Positions 18,979 to 28,397 of a stretch of DNA of 32,000 nucleotides are shown piece after piece. Every line of letters begins with the position of its first letter. The stretch's first letter is position 1. The translations under genes and the position numbers were made by a program. The notes under the pieces were generated by a model. The model saw only the letters and a program-made list of their open reading frames with translations, made no database searches and was not told the DNA's origin. Origin of the DNA: Demequinaceae bacterium (lineage in GTDB: Bacteria > Actinomycetota > Actinomycetes > Actinomycetales > Demequinaceae); NCBI GenBank assembly GCA_965250005.1, contig OZ252279.1, forward strand, positions 1,080,001-1,112,000, read 5' to 3'.

Positions 18979-20673
18979 ATGACCTCGACACGGACGCCCG
19001 CACTAGCCGAACTCCGTGCGACGGTGCACAAGTATCTCCCGGGAATCATCGTTGCCGCCGTCGCGGTCTACTATCTCGCAATCGCCTCACGCTCTCTCGG
19101 CCCCGCCTTCCTGGTCGACGAGGTCGGATATCTTGCGAACGCCCACATCCTCGCCAATCCCGGATCTGTTTGGGAGCTCTGCGGGGACGGGTACGCCGCC
19201 GGTCTTTCGCTCCTCCTTGTCCCCTTGTGGTGGATCTTTGAGGACCCAGGACAGGTTTATGTCGCTGCCATCGCCCTCCTCGCCGCTATTGGCATCGCCG
19301 TCATCTGGCCAGCGTCGCGCCTTGCCGAGCGCATGGGCGCAACCCGCCTGCAAGCCGTGGCAGCGGGCGCGCTAGTGACCCTGCCTGCCACACGGTCCCT
19401 TATGGCCAACTACGTGCTGACAGAGAGCGTGCTCGCGTTTCTAGCAGTAACCGCTGCGGCCGCCGCTGTCTCCTACGCTCACACTGGCCGCCTAAGGATG
19501 TTGATCGGCCTCGCCGCCGCCGTCGGCGGCCTCGTGATAGTTCACGGGCGCGCGCTGCCGCTAGCTGCGGTAACCATCGCATGGGTGGTGCTCGTGGCGC
19601 GCAGACACCTCGCTCACATCGCGATCGGCATTGGTACTGTCGCCATAATGTCCGCGGCAGGGCTGGCACTTCAGTCCTGGGTTACGGCACGGACCTCGAT
19701 CGACGCCGGACGCTTCGAGGACGCGGCAGGGCTCCTCGGTCGCCTCGAACCTGAGCGGCTGTGGCAGGTGCTGGTGGGGCAACTTTGGTACCAAGGCATC
19801 GCGTGGACCCTTCTCACATTCCTTGGAGGTTTGGTCCTCGTGCGGTGGTGGTGGGCGCGTCGCGACGACCCCTCCCGCGCGGGGTGGGCGTGGTTGATCG
19901 CCGCAACAGGGGCGCAAGCGCTGTTCTTTGTAGTCTTCCTTGCAGGCTCGGCCGACAGCTGGAACCGGCTCGACATTCCGATCTATGGGCGCTACGTCGA
20001 TCCGTTCGTCGTGCCACTAGCGGTGGTTGGATCGGTCGTGCTCCTGCGCGCAATCCATCGGCGCCTCACGCTTGCCGCGCTGGGCGCGGTTGCCGTTTCC
20101 AGCATTCTCGTCATTCTGGTTGTCGAACCCACACTGCCTGACAAACCCGTTTGGCTGCATTTCGCGATTCCGGGCGTCGTTCCCTACCTCGATGTCGACC
20201 AGATCGGCGTGACAAGTGGCGGGCCATGGGTCGTGGCATCGGGCGTCACTGTGGCCATTTGTCTCGTTGTGGTTGCCATGCGCCGACGCCCGGCTGTGGC
20301 TGTCAGTCTCCTTGCGCTGTTCTTCGTCACTACCTCCCTCATCGCGGATACCAAGGAAATCGACCCGTTCGAGGCCGAGACCCGGAACCCTCCGCCGTAC
20401 CCGAACACTCTGGACGCGCTCGGAACAACGGAAGTCGCTCTCACCGAAGCGAATCTGACGTGCTACGTCAGAAACAAGTCCCTCTTCTGGCTGGCTGATC
20501 TCGACGTCACGCTATTGGATCAAAGCAGTGAACGTGTGCGCGGTGGCGCCGTTATCGCGCCCGGCATGTGGACGGCCGCTGAGGAATCTGGCGCCGTCCT
20601 TATACCTCTGTCCGTTTGGCAAGACTGGGGCGTATGGGTGTTTGACGACGATGGGCTAGACGCAACACAGTAG
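18979..20673 (+). CDS. Polytopic membrane protein, GT-C glycosyltransferase-like
   Basis: 564 aa; SLGPAFLVDEVGYLANAHIL acidic first loop and roughly a dozen hydrophobic segments, resembling ArnT/PMT-type GT-C proteins. Confidence 0.6.
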   Translation: MTSTRTPALAELRATVHKYLPGIIVAAVAVYYLAIASRSLGPAFLVDEVGYLANAHILANPGSVWELCGDGYAAGLSLLLVPLWWIFEDPGQVYVAAIALLAAIGIAVIWPASRLAERMGATRLQAVAAGALVTLPATRSLMANYVLTESVLAFLAVTAAAAAVSYAHTGRLRMLIGLAAAVGGLVIVHGRALPLAAVTIAWVVLVARRHLAHIAIGIGTVAIMSAAGLALQSWVTARTSIDAGRFEDAAGLLGRLEPERLWQVLVGQLWYQGIAWTLLTFLGGLVLVRWWWARRDDPSRAGWAWLIAATGAQALFFVVFLAGSADSWNRLDIPIYGRYVDPFVVPLAVVGSVVLLRAIHRRLTLAALGAVAVSSILVILVVEPTLPDKPVWLHFAIPGVVPYLDVDQIGVTSGGPWVVASGVTVAICLVVVAMRRRPAVAVSLLALFFVTTSLIADTKEIDPFEAETRNPPPYPNTLDALGTTEVALTEANLTCYVRNKSLFWLADLDVTLLDQSSERVRGGAVIAPGMWTAAEESGAVLIPLSVWQDWGVWVFDDDGLDATQ

Positions 20674-20736
20674 AGGCCTCTCAGTCAAATTGCGGGAGTT
20701 ACGGACTGCGACTTTTCGACTAGTCTGGGAAACACT

Positions 20737-21621
20737 ATGACCACACCGCCAGCAGCGTCTCCACCTGCCAACTGGTACCCGGATCCCCAGACTCCAGGGC
20801 AGTTGCGGTACTGGGACGGGCAGCAATGGACACAGCATGTCCATCCGGCTCAGCAGCCCGCGCCGCCTGCCGCGACCCAGCCTGCGACAGGCGGCACGCT
20901 GACGCCCGGCGGACCGGGCGCAGTCCAGCCGGGCGCAGTCCAGCCGGGCGCAGTCCAGCCGGGCGCAGTCCAGCCGGGCGCAGTCCAGCCGGGCGCAGTC
21001 CAGCCGGGCGCAGTCCAGCCGGGCGCAGTCCAGCCGGGCGCAGTCCAGCCGGGCGCAGTCCAGCCGGGCGCAGTCCAGCCGGGCGCAGTCCAGCCGGGCG
21101 CAGTCCAGCCGGGCGCAGTCCAGCCGGGCGCAGTCCAGCCGGGCGCAGTCCAGCCGGGCGCAGTCCAGCCGGGCGCAGTCCAGCCGGGCGCAGTCCAGCC
21201 GGGCGCAGTCCAGCCGGGCGTCCGGCCGCGAGCCCACGCAGATCCCACGCCGCCCACCCCGAAGGACATCGATCAGGACACCGGGCGCGGGCCTATCGGG
21301 GACAGCCCATCTTCCGCGGTTCATTGGCTCGTCCCCACCGGCCGATCCCCGCAGGCAAGGCTCGCAGGAGGAATCGGATTCCTTAGTCTGCTATTGGCCG
21401 GAGTAGCCGTGTCTGGGGTTCTGGAAGTGTATGGCGCTTACCTCGCCGCTGGCATCGCCATGATGGCGGTCGTTTTTGGAGTGATCGGAGTTCAAAAGGC
21501 GAGCCAGGGCTTCCACGGAGGGGGCCGATCGTGGTTCGGCGTTGCCGCGGGATTCATCGCAATAGGCGTTGCAACCTATGAATATCTGTACCCAGAGGCC
21601 CTGCTCAACCTCGTCGTCTAG
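20737..21621 (+). CDS. DUF2510-type membrane protein with (PGAVQ)20 low-complexity linker
   Basis: N-terminal PPANWYPDPQTPGQLRYWDGQQWTQHVHP (DUF2510 pattern), 20x PGAVQ, then C-terminal TM segments. Confidence 0.85.
   Translation: MTTPPAASPPANWYPDPQTPGQLRYWDGQQWTQHVHPAQQPAPPAATQPATGGTLTPGGPGAVQPGAVQPGAVQPGAVQPGAVQPGAVQPGAVQPGAVQPGAVQPGAVQPGAVQPGAVQPGAVQPGAVQPGAVQPGAVQPGAVQPGAVQPGAVQPGAVQPGVRPRAHADPTPPTPKDIDQDTGRGPIGDSPSSAVHWLVPTGRSPQARLAGGIGFLSLLLAGVAVSGVLEVYGAYLAAGIAMMAVVFGVIGVQKASQGFHGGGRSWFGVAAGFIAIGVATYEYLYPEALLNLVV
20914..21213 (+). repeat. Tandem repeat, 15-bp unit CCGGGCGCAGTCCAG x 20, no mismatches seen
   Basis: Read base by base: the 60-nt lines repeat exactly, four units per line; array ends at the degenerate unit CCGGGCGTCCGGCCG. 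Confidence 0.98.
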
Positions 21622-21642
21622 CGCAAACCTTGACGCGTGCGG

Positions 21643-22593
21643 CTAGATCGCGCCGAACCGCTTGGCGACCTCGCGGATGGATGTGGCCGAATCCTTCAGT
21701 GCAACCGCCTCGCGCTTGTCCAGCGGCACGTCCACCCGTGTGGAGACGCCCTGCCGGCCCACCACCGCAGGCAGCGACATGCACACCTCGCCCACGCCCG
21801 GATAGTCGATCAGCGTTGAGACCGGGAGTACCCGGTTCTGGTCGCGGAGCACTGCTTCCACGATGCGCGCGCCCGCGGCACCGATCGCGAAGTTGGTCGC
21901 GCCCTTGCCCGCGATGATCGTGTACGCGGACTCCTTGACCTCGTTGCGAATCTGCTCGCACCTTTGGGCAGTCATGACGGGCTTGCCGTCGGGGCCGAGC
22001 CAGTCAGTCAGAGGCAGCCCGCCGATGGTCGCCGACGACCAAAGTGCGACCTCAGAGTCACCGTGCTCGCCTGCGATGTAGGCGTGCACATTACCCACCG
22101 CGACACCGCACTCCTGCGCCACGCGATACCTGAGCCGCGAGGAGTCCAGCACCGTACCTGAGCCAAACATTTGCCGCGGCGACATGCCTGACTTCTTGAT
22201 CGCCGCGTAGGTCACAACATCGACTGGGTTGGTAACGAGGATGAAGATCGCGTCAGGGGTCACGTCGATGAGTGGCGGCAGGATCTTGTCCATCAAACTG
22301 ATCGTGGCCCCAGCGAGATCGAGGCGGCTCTGCCCAGGCTGTTGCTTGGCGCCAGCTGTGATCACCACAACGTCGGATTCGGCGCAGACCTCAATGTCGT
22401 CTGACCCAACAACGCTCGCTTGCGGCATAAACTCCATGCCCTGAGCGAGGTCGAGCGCCTCGGCTTCGACCTTGGCCTTGTCAATGTCGTACAACGCGAC
22501 GGTGCGGGCGAACCCACGCATCAGTCCCGCGTACGCGAGCGTAGCGCCCACGGCGCCAGCGCCAACGATGGAGACTTTGCTGCTCGCGTCCAT
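21643..22593 (-). CDS. ldh: L-lactate dehydrogenase
   Basis: KVSIVGAGAVGATLAYAGLMRG, LVTNPVDVVTYAAIKKSG, GSGTVLDSSRLRY, AGEHGDSEVALWS motifs. Confidence 0.96.
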   Translation of the reverse strand: MDASSKVSIVGAGAVGATLAYAGLMRGFARTVALYDIDKAKVEAEALDLAQGMEFMPQASVVGSDDIEVCAESDVVVITAGAKQQPGQSRLDLAGATISLMDKILPPLIDVTPDAIFILVTNPVDVVTYAAIKKSGMSPRQMFGSGTVLDSSRLRYRVAQECGVAVGNVHAYIAGEHGDSEVALWSSATIGGLPLTDWLGPDGKPVMTAQRCEQIRNEVKESAYTIIAGKGATNFAIGAAGARIVEAVLRDQNRVLPVSTLIDYPGVGEVCMSLPAVVGRQGVSTRVDVPLDKREAVALKDSATSIREVAKRFGAI

Positions 22594-22612
22594 GATCCGC
22601 CTCGATGCCAGA

Positions 22613-22633
22613 CGCCCGGCCTTCTGCCGGGCG
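22613..22633 (-). terminator. Hairpin downstream of the DEAD-box helicase gene
   Basis: CGCCCGGC (22613-22620) / GCCGGGCG (22626-22633), 5-nt loop, no T-tract. Confidence 0.5.
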
Positions 22634-22641
22634 CCTTCAGC

Positions 22642-24123
22642 CTATCCGGCGTTTCGGCGTGAGGACTGCGAGCGACGTGCGCCTCCGGAGTAGCCGCCGG
22701 ACCGACCAGCGGACTGGCCCCCTGACCGACGCTGCGACGAACCCCCGGAGCGCGTAGAGCCCTCTCCTGCGGACCTAGAGGAGCCGGCGCCACCGGAGCG
22801 ACCCGAGCCGTGACGTGAGCTGCCTCCACGGCTACGACCGTCACGCTGGGGGCGTCCACCCGAGCCTTTGGAGCGCCCGCCAGATCCCTGTGAAGGGCGG
22901 CCTCCGTTGCGCTTGGCGTCCCGTGCCGCGGATACTGCTGGGTCGACGTGTGCTGCGACCTCTCCCACGAGCCGCGTGAGGGCGGGGTGATGCATGGTGA
23001 CCTGCTGCGGTTGGGCGTCGATCGATGCACGGCGCAGTAGCTGACGCGTATCGCGGCGCTGGCTAGGCAGAACCAGTGTTACTACGTCTCCTGCGCTTCC
23101 CGCGCGTGCGGTGCGGCCCGAGCGGTGAAGGTATGCCTTGTGCTCGGCAGGAGGGTCGACGTGGACCACGAGTTCGACGCCGTCGACGTGGACGCCGCGG
23201 GCGGCCACGTCCGTTGCGACGAGCACGCGGACGCCCTCGCCACCGAAAGCGGCAAGGTTGCGGTCGCGCTGACGCTGGTTCAGATTGCCGTGCAGGTCAA
23301 CGGCCGGGATACCGGACTCGGTGAGGTGCGCGGCAAGCTTCTTGGCTTGGTGCTTGGTCCGCGTGAAGAGAATGCGACGTCCCGTACCGGACGCCAGCGA
23401 GCGAAGAACTTCCTTCTTGGCTTCAGGATTGGGGATTTCGTAGACGTGGTGAGTCATCGCCTCGACGTGCGAATCCGTGTTGTCCACCGAGTGGCGCACT
23501 TCGTTCTTGAGGAACTGCCGAACGATCTTGTCCACGCCATTGTCGAGCGTGGCGCTAAAAAGCAGGCGCTGCCCACCCTGGGGCGTGGCCTGCAGGATTC
23601 GCGTGACGCCGGGCAGGAAGCCAAGGTCTGCCATGTGGTCGGCCTCGTCGATGACGGTGACCTCAACCTGGCTGAGGTCGATTACGCGCTGGCGCATGAG
23701 GTCCTCAAGCCGGCCGGGGCAGGCGACGACAATGTCGGCGCCGCGGTCAAGCGCGATTTCTTGACGACGCTGCGGGACACCTCCGAAAATCGTGGTGGTG
23801 TTCATGCCGTACGCGCGGGCAAGCGGCTCGAGCACCGCATTAATCTGGGTGGCGAGCTCACGAGTAGGTGCAAGCACCAGGCCTCGAGGCTTGCGGCTGC
23901 AGCCACCAGCGTTCGAGCCAGCTCCGAGCCGGGCGACCATCGGGATCGAGAACGCAAGCGTCTTGCCCGATCCGGTCTTGCCGCGGCCAAGCACGTCGCG
24001 CCCAGCAAGAGTGTCAGGGAGCGTGTCCACTTGGATAGGGAACGCCGTGGTCTTGTCCTCGCGCGCGAGAAGTTTGACGATGGGCTGTGGCACGCCAAGC
24101 GCGCCAAAGGTTGTTTCAGACAA
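22642..24123 (-). CDS. DEAD/DEAH-box RNA helicase with Arg/Gly/Ser-rich tail
   Basis: RGKTGSGKTLAF, VIDEADHMADLGF, LFSATLD, HRSGRTARAG motifs; low-complexity C-terminus. Confidence 0.96.
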   Translation of the reverse strand: MSETTFGALGVPQPIVKLLAREDKTTAFPIQVDTLPDTLAGRDVLGRGKTGSGKTLAFSIPMVARLGAGSNAGGCSRKPRGLVLAPTRELATQINAVLEPLARAYGMNTTTIFGGVPQRRQEIALDRGADIVVACPGRLEDLMRQRVIDLSQVEVTVIDEADHMADLGFLPGVTRILQATPQGGQRLLFSATLDNGVDKIVRQFLKNEVRHSVDNTDSHVEAMTHHVYEIPNPEAKKEVLRSLASGTGRRILFTRTKHQAKKLAAHLTESGIPAVDLHGNLNQRQRDRNLAAFGGEGVRVLVATDVAARGVHVDGVELVVHVDPPAEHKAYLHRSGRTARAGSAGDVVTLVLPSQRRDTRQLLRRASIDAQPQQVTMHHPALTRLVGEVAAHVDPAVSAARDAKRNGGRPSQGSGGRSKGSGGRPQRDGRSRGGSSRHGSGRSGGAGSSRSAGEGSTRSGGSSQRRSGGQSAGRSGGYSGGARRSQSSRRNAG

Positions 24124-24370
24124 AGTAAATGGTGCCTTTCAGGCATCAGCGGGCGGCCTCGCGTTTACGCACGCGCTACTGCCCTGATTGTGGCGAAGGT
24201 GGCGGTGGCCACATCCGTTCGCCGAAGAAAGTGTCTACGAGCCCGGCGCACCACAATGAAGGTGAACGGGGCGAGAAGAGGAAGCGTTCTGCGACGCAGC
24301 AGGCCCGACTGTGGGCTTGCCAGTGACTCCAGAGTACACGATGCGGGCACCACCGGGACCTCCGCCGCTA

Positions 24371-26710
24371 CTAGAGTTTGGCGACCGGGGCGAACCGGAG
24401 CAGCAAACGCTTCACGCCAACACCACCAAAATCGACCTTGGCCACCGCGTTCTTGCCCTGGCCCTCGAGGGTCACAACCTTGCCCATACCGTACTGGTCG
24501 TGAGTCACGCGGTCGCCTATCTCGAGGCCGAGGTCGGCCCCGGCCTTCGCCCCCGGCGGGCTGGGCGGCATGCTCCGGGACGACGCGCCCGCGTTCGCGT
24601 AGGTGAAGCCGTCCTCGCGGTCTTGATTGCCGCCATACGTGCTCGACCAGCCACCAGCACCCTTCTCCGAGCGCGCGCGCAGCGACGCCATTGACGACTC
24701 CGATCGCGTCCACTCGACGAGCTCGCCGGGAATCTCGTCCACGAATCGCGAGGCGGGGAAGTACTGCGGCGCCCCCCACGAGGCTCGGACCTCCGACCGC
24801 GTCAAGTACAGCCGCTCGCGAGCGCGCGTGAGCCCCACGTAGGCGAGCCGGCGCTCCTCCTCCATGTCGTGCGTGGACTCCATGGACCGCGCGTGCGGGA
24901 ACGTGCCGTCCTCCATCCCGGTGAGGAACACCACGGGAAACTCGAGCCCTTTGGCGGTGTGGAGGGTCATCATGGTGACAACACCTCCCGAGCCGTCCGC
25001 GTCCGGGACCTGATCCGCGTCGGCAACCAACGCTACTTTTTCCAGAAAGTCCGCGAGTGTCCCCTCGGGGTTTTGCTCGGTGAATTCCCGGCCCACCGCT
25101 ACGAGCTCCATCACGTTCTCGATCCGGCTCGCGTCCTGTGGATCATCCGAGGAGCGGAGCGTGTCGAGATAGCCACTGCGGTCCGCGATTGCGTCCAGCA
25201 CGCCCGCAGGTCCGTTGTCGCGCGCGAGCGAGCGCAGGTCGTCCATGAGAGCCGTGAACGCGTCAATGGCCGCTCTAGACCGCGGCGCCAGGCCCTGCAC
25301 CTCGTCCAGACGGCGAAGGATGGTTCCGAAGCTCAAAGGCGTGCCAGCGTCGGCTTGCGACTTCCGTAACCGCTCGACGGCCTGCACCGCCGCATCGCCG
25401 ATACCACGCTTGGGCGTGTTAATCACGCGCCTGGTTGCGATGTCGTCATCCTCGTTCACGATCGCCGCAAGGTAGGCAAGCATGTCCTTCACCTCGCGCC
25501 TCTCGTAGAAGCGCGTGCCACCCACGAGCTTGTAGGGAATCTCAGAACGGATGAATCGCTCTTCGATCGCGCGTGACTGCGCGTTCGCGCGGTACATGAC
25601 CGCGACGGCCGCATACGCACTGCCTTGGTCTGCGATCAACCGGCCAATCTCGTCGGCAACGTACTGCGCTTCTTCTTGCTCGTTGTCCGCCGCGTAGCCG
25701 ACAACTTTTTCCCCCGCGCCCGCGTCCGTCCAGAGATTCTTGGCCTTACGCGACCCATTGTTCGCAATCACTGCGTTCGCAGCGTTCAGGATGTTTTGGG
25801 TCGAGCGGTAGTTCTGCTCGAGGTGGATGATATGCGCGTTCGGGAAGTCCTGCTCAAACTCGAGGATGTTGCGGATGGTCGCGCCTCGGAACGCGTAAAT
25901 GCTCTGATCCGCGTCTCCCACCACGGTCAGGCTTGCCGGGCTGTCCGTTCCAGCGCCTGCGAGTTCGCGCACCAACACGTACTGCGCGTGGTTGGTGTCC
26001 TGATACTCGTCCACGAGGACGTGGCGGAACCGCTCGTGATAGCGAGCCGCGACATCGGGGTTCTCTTGCAACAGCCGCACGGCCTTGACAATGATGTCGT
26101 CGAAGTCCACGGCGTTGGCCGCCTCCAGTCGCGACTGATAGATGCCGTACGCCTGGGCGGCGCTTCGCTCAATCGCAAACTTGGACGCGCTCTCCGCGGT
26201 TGCGAGCGCCGCCTCCGACGTCACCAGTTCGTCCTTGTATTTGCTGATTCGGTTGAGGAGCACCTTGGCCGTGAACCGTTTGGGGTCGAGCTCCAGCTCT
26301 TTCATCACGAGCTTCATGAGGTTCTGGGAATCAGCAGTGTCGTAAATTGAGAACGAAGATTTGAGGCTGGCGAGTTCGTGGTCGGCGCGCAGGATGCGCA
26401 CGCACGCGCTGTGAAACGTGGACACCCACATGCCCCGGGACTCTGGGCCTACCAGGTGTGCGACGCGTTCGCGCATCTCTTCTGCTGCCTTGTTGGTGAA
26501 GGTGATCGCGAGGATCTCGTGGGGTCGCGCCCGGCCCGTCTCGAGCAGGTGTGCGATGCGCTGCGTGAGGACGCGCGTCTTGCCAGAGCCCGCCCCAGCG
26601 ATGATCAAGAGAGCGGGGCCGGCATGTTCTACTGCCTCCGCTTGCTGTGCGTTGAGGTGCTCGCCGATGGGCGAGTCGGAGGGCATCGTAGCGTCGAAAA
26701 GGGCATCCAT
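24371..26710 (-). CDS. pcrA: ATP-dependent DNA helicase PcrA/UvrD
   Basis: LNAQQAEAVEHAGPALLIIAGAGSGKTRVLTQRI, VDEYQDTNHAQ, VGDADQSIYAFRGA, LTRARERLYLTRS motifs. Confidence 0.96.
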   Translation of the reverse strand: MDALFDATMPSDSPIGEHLNAQQAEAVEHAGPALLIIAGAGSGKTRVLTQRIAHLLETGRARPHEILAITFTNKAAEEMRERVAHLVGPESRGMWVSTFHSACVRILRADHELASLKSSFSIYDTADSQNLMKLVMKELELDPKRFTAKVLLNRISKYKDELVTSEAALATAESASKFAIERSAAQAYGIYQSRLEAANAVDFDDIIVKAVRLLQENPDVAARYHERFRHVLVDEYQDTNHAQYVLVRELAGAGTDSPASLTVVGDADQSIYAFRGATIRNILEFEQDFPNAHIIHLEQNYRSTQNILNAANAVIANNGSRKAKNLWTDAGAGEKVVGYAADNEQEEAQYVADEIGRLIADQGSAYAAVAVMYRANAQSRAIEERFIRSEIPYKLVGGTRFYERREVKDMLAYLAAIVNEDDDIATRRVINTPKRGIGDAAVQAVERLRKSQADAGTPLSFGTILRRLDEVQGLAPRSRAAIDAFTALMDDLRSLARDNGPAGVLDAIADRSGYLDTLRSSDDPQDASRIENVMELVAVGREFTEQNPEGTLADFLEKVALVADADQVPDADGSGGVVTMMTLHTAKGLEFPVVFLTGMEDGTFPHARSMESTHDMEEERRLAYVGLTRARERLYLTRSEVRASWGAPQYFPASRFVDEIPGELVEWTRSESSMASLRARSEKGAGGWSSTYGGNQDREDGFTYANAGASSRSMPPSPPGAKAGADLGLEIGDRVTHDQYGMGKVVTLEGQGKNAVAKVDFGGVGVKRLLLRFAPVAKL

Positions 26711-26730
26711 TTGGCTACGAGTCTAGGCCG

Positions 26731-26871
26731 TCAAACGGACTCCGTTTGAAACAGGACCACTTGGTTGCGGCCACGTTCCTTCACCTTGTACAGCGCCGAG
26801 TCTGCGCGGTTGATGCGCTCATCGAGCGCGACGCTCCCGTCGCCGCTTACAACGCTAACCGAAATGGTCAC
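26731..26871 (-). pseudogene. GGDEF-domain C-terminal remnant
   Basis: Reads VTISVSVVSGDGSVALDERINRADSALYKVKERGRNQVVLFQTESV*, the C-terminal end of a GGDEF domain; no GG[D/E]EF core upstream, and an in-frame TAA sits near 27005. Confidence 0.65.
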
Positions 26872-27180
26872 GTCGTGACGGTGATCGGTGCACGCACTCG
26901 CGTCCCAAGAGAAGAAGAGCAAAGCATAGGACACATGGGCTGCAACGCTAACGGAGAGAAACGCCCGCAAAAATCGGCGTCGCGCGATTCGCTCGAGTTC
27001 GCGTTAGCGTTCAATCTGCGCGCGCGATATTGGGCGGCCGCGCATGAACCCCACGGCGTATGTACAATAATATTGATAAGGGTATCGTCGGTGCTGGGAA
27101 GAGTGGCGTGGCTCTGTCCAAGGAGTATTCGCCGTGTGACACTTGTGAGATTAAGCGACTAGCGCGCGGGAGGCTCGTCG

Positions 27181-28302
27181 GTGACAGGAAAGCCAATACC
27201 GGTACCAGACCATGAGCAGCGACGCCTCGACGCACTCGCGGCGTACCAGATCATGGACACGCTGCCCGAGCGCGCGTACGACGGCTTCACCAAGTTAGCT
27301 TCGATCATTTGCGGCACGCCCATTGCCCTCATCTCGCTTGTCGACGAGAACCGGCAGTGGTTCAAGTCCAAGTTGGGGCTCGGCACCGAAGAAACTCCGC
27401 GCGACCAGGCATTCTGTGCACACGCGATCGTCACTCCTGGCGAAGTGCTGACAGTCGAAGATGCGGCGCTCGACGCGAGGTTTGTGGACAACCCGTTGGT
27501 GACGGGAGACCCGAACATCCGCTTCTACGCGGGCGCGCCGCTCGTGACGCCCGCGGGCGACGCGCTCGGAACCCTGTGCGTCATCGATCGGGAGCCACGG
27601 ACCCTCACGGCCGAGCAACGGGAGGCCCTACGCATACTGTCCCAGGGAATCGTGGTTCTGTTGGAGCTGCGCCGGACCATTGACGGTCTCGAAGGCTCCC
27701 TGCTCGAGCAGGACACGTACGTTGCGAAGCTCGACGAATACCAACGGGAGCTCGAGTCTGTCGAGGCCGAATTGCGCGTTCAGTCCATGACGGACCCGGT
27801 GACTCAAATGGGCAATCGCCGCGCACTCGATGGTCGGATGGAAGACGAGCACTCGCGGGCGCAACGCTACGGCATCGGGTATTCGATCCTGGCGATTGAC
27901 ATTGACAACTTCAAGGAACTCAACGACACCGCGGGTCACCTCGCGGGCGACGAGGCACTCAAAGACGTCGCCGAAATTCTGCGCCACGCGGTACGCGACA
28001 GCGACTTCCTCGCCCGCTACGGAGGCGACGAGTTCGTGGCCGTGCTGCCGAACACGGATGCCGACGCCGGAATTGTGATGGCCGAGCGGATTCGACGCGA
28101 GGTGAACGCGGCCCAGTGGGACACGTCGGCCGTAACGGTCTGTATCGGCGTCGCGGTGTGCACGGAGGTGGTGATTTCGGCCGCCGCGGTACTTGAGGAG
28201 GCAGATCAAGCGCTATACCGGGCGAAGCGAGCCGGTCGCAACCGCGTGGCAGGCCCTGAGCCCGCAAACACTTCCGAGTCGCTGCAGGCGAACGGCCTGT
28301 AG
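27181..28302 (+). CDS. GAF domain-containing diguanylate cyclase
   Basis: GAF-like N-terminus ([25 protein letters not shown]-type) and GGDEF core [26 protein letters not shown] with RxxD I-site. GTG start. Confidence 0.94.
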   Translation: MTGKPIPVPDHEQRRLDALAAYQIMDTLPERAYDGFTKLASIICGTPIALISLVDENRQWFKSKLGLGTEETPRDQAFCAHAIVTPGEVLTVEDAALDARFVDNPLVTGDPNIRFYAGAPLVTPAGDALGTLCVIDREPRTLTAEQREALRILSQGIVVLLELRRTIDGLEGSLLEQDTYVAKLDEYQRELESVEAELRVQSMTDPVTQMGNRRALDGRMEDEHSRAQRYGIGYSILAIDIDNFKELNDTAGHLAGDEALKDVAEILRHAVRDSDFLARYGGDEFVAVLPNTDADAGIVMAERIRREVNAAQWDTSAVTVCIGVAVCTEVVISAAAVLEEADQALYRAKRAGRNRVAGPEPANTSESLQANGL

Positions 28303-28309
28303 CCACACT

Positions 28310-28336
28310 CGAGGGCTGGATCCTGGCCAGCCCTCG
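28310..28336. terminator. Terminator-like hairpin between convergent genes
   Basis: CGAGGGCTGG (28310-28319) / CCAGCCCTCG (28327-28336), perfect 10-bp stem and 7-nt loop. Confidence 0.6.
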
Positions 28337-28397
28337 CCAGGCTCACGCAGTCACGTTGTAGCGCGACTGAAACCGCCGAACTGGATGTGCGAGGAAT

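Noticed and set aside
20914-21213. CRISPR-like array
   Set aside because: The units are contiguous, 15 bp, and have no spacers; the array is in-frame coding sequence, and no cas genes are present.
20656-21386. Long repetitive ORFs in other frames over the tandem array (DCARL, TAPGW and PAGRS repeats)
   Set aside because: These are artefacts of a 15-bp unit lacking stops in alternate frames. Only the PGAVQ frame continues from a DUF2510-like domain into TM segments.
24165-24779. Long overlapping ORFs on both strands around the pcrA 3' end
   Set aside because: High-GC shadow ORFs with Arg/Pro-rich composition and no recognisable domain; they overlap the confident pcrA gene.
26867-26879. Odd palindrome GTCACG-T-CGTGAC as an operator
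   Set aside because: It lies at the boundary of the GGDEF remnant reading frame, includes degraded coding sequence, and has no promoter context.
27061-27080. AT-rich patch TGTACAATAATATTGATAAG as a possible mobile-element edge
   Set aside because: No terminal repeats, target-site duplication or transposase nearby; more likely part of the promoter region of the GAF-GGDEF gene.
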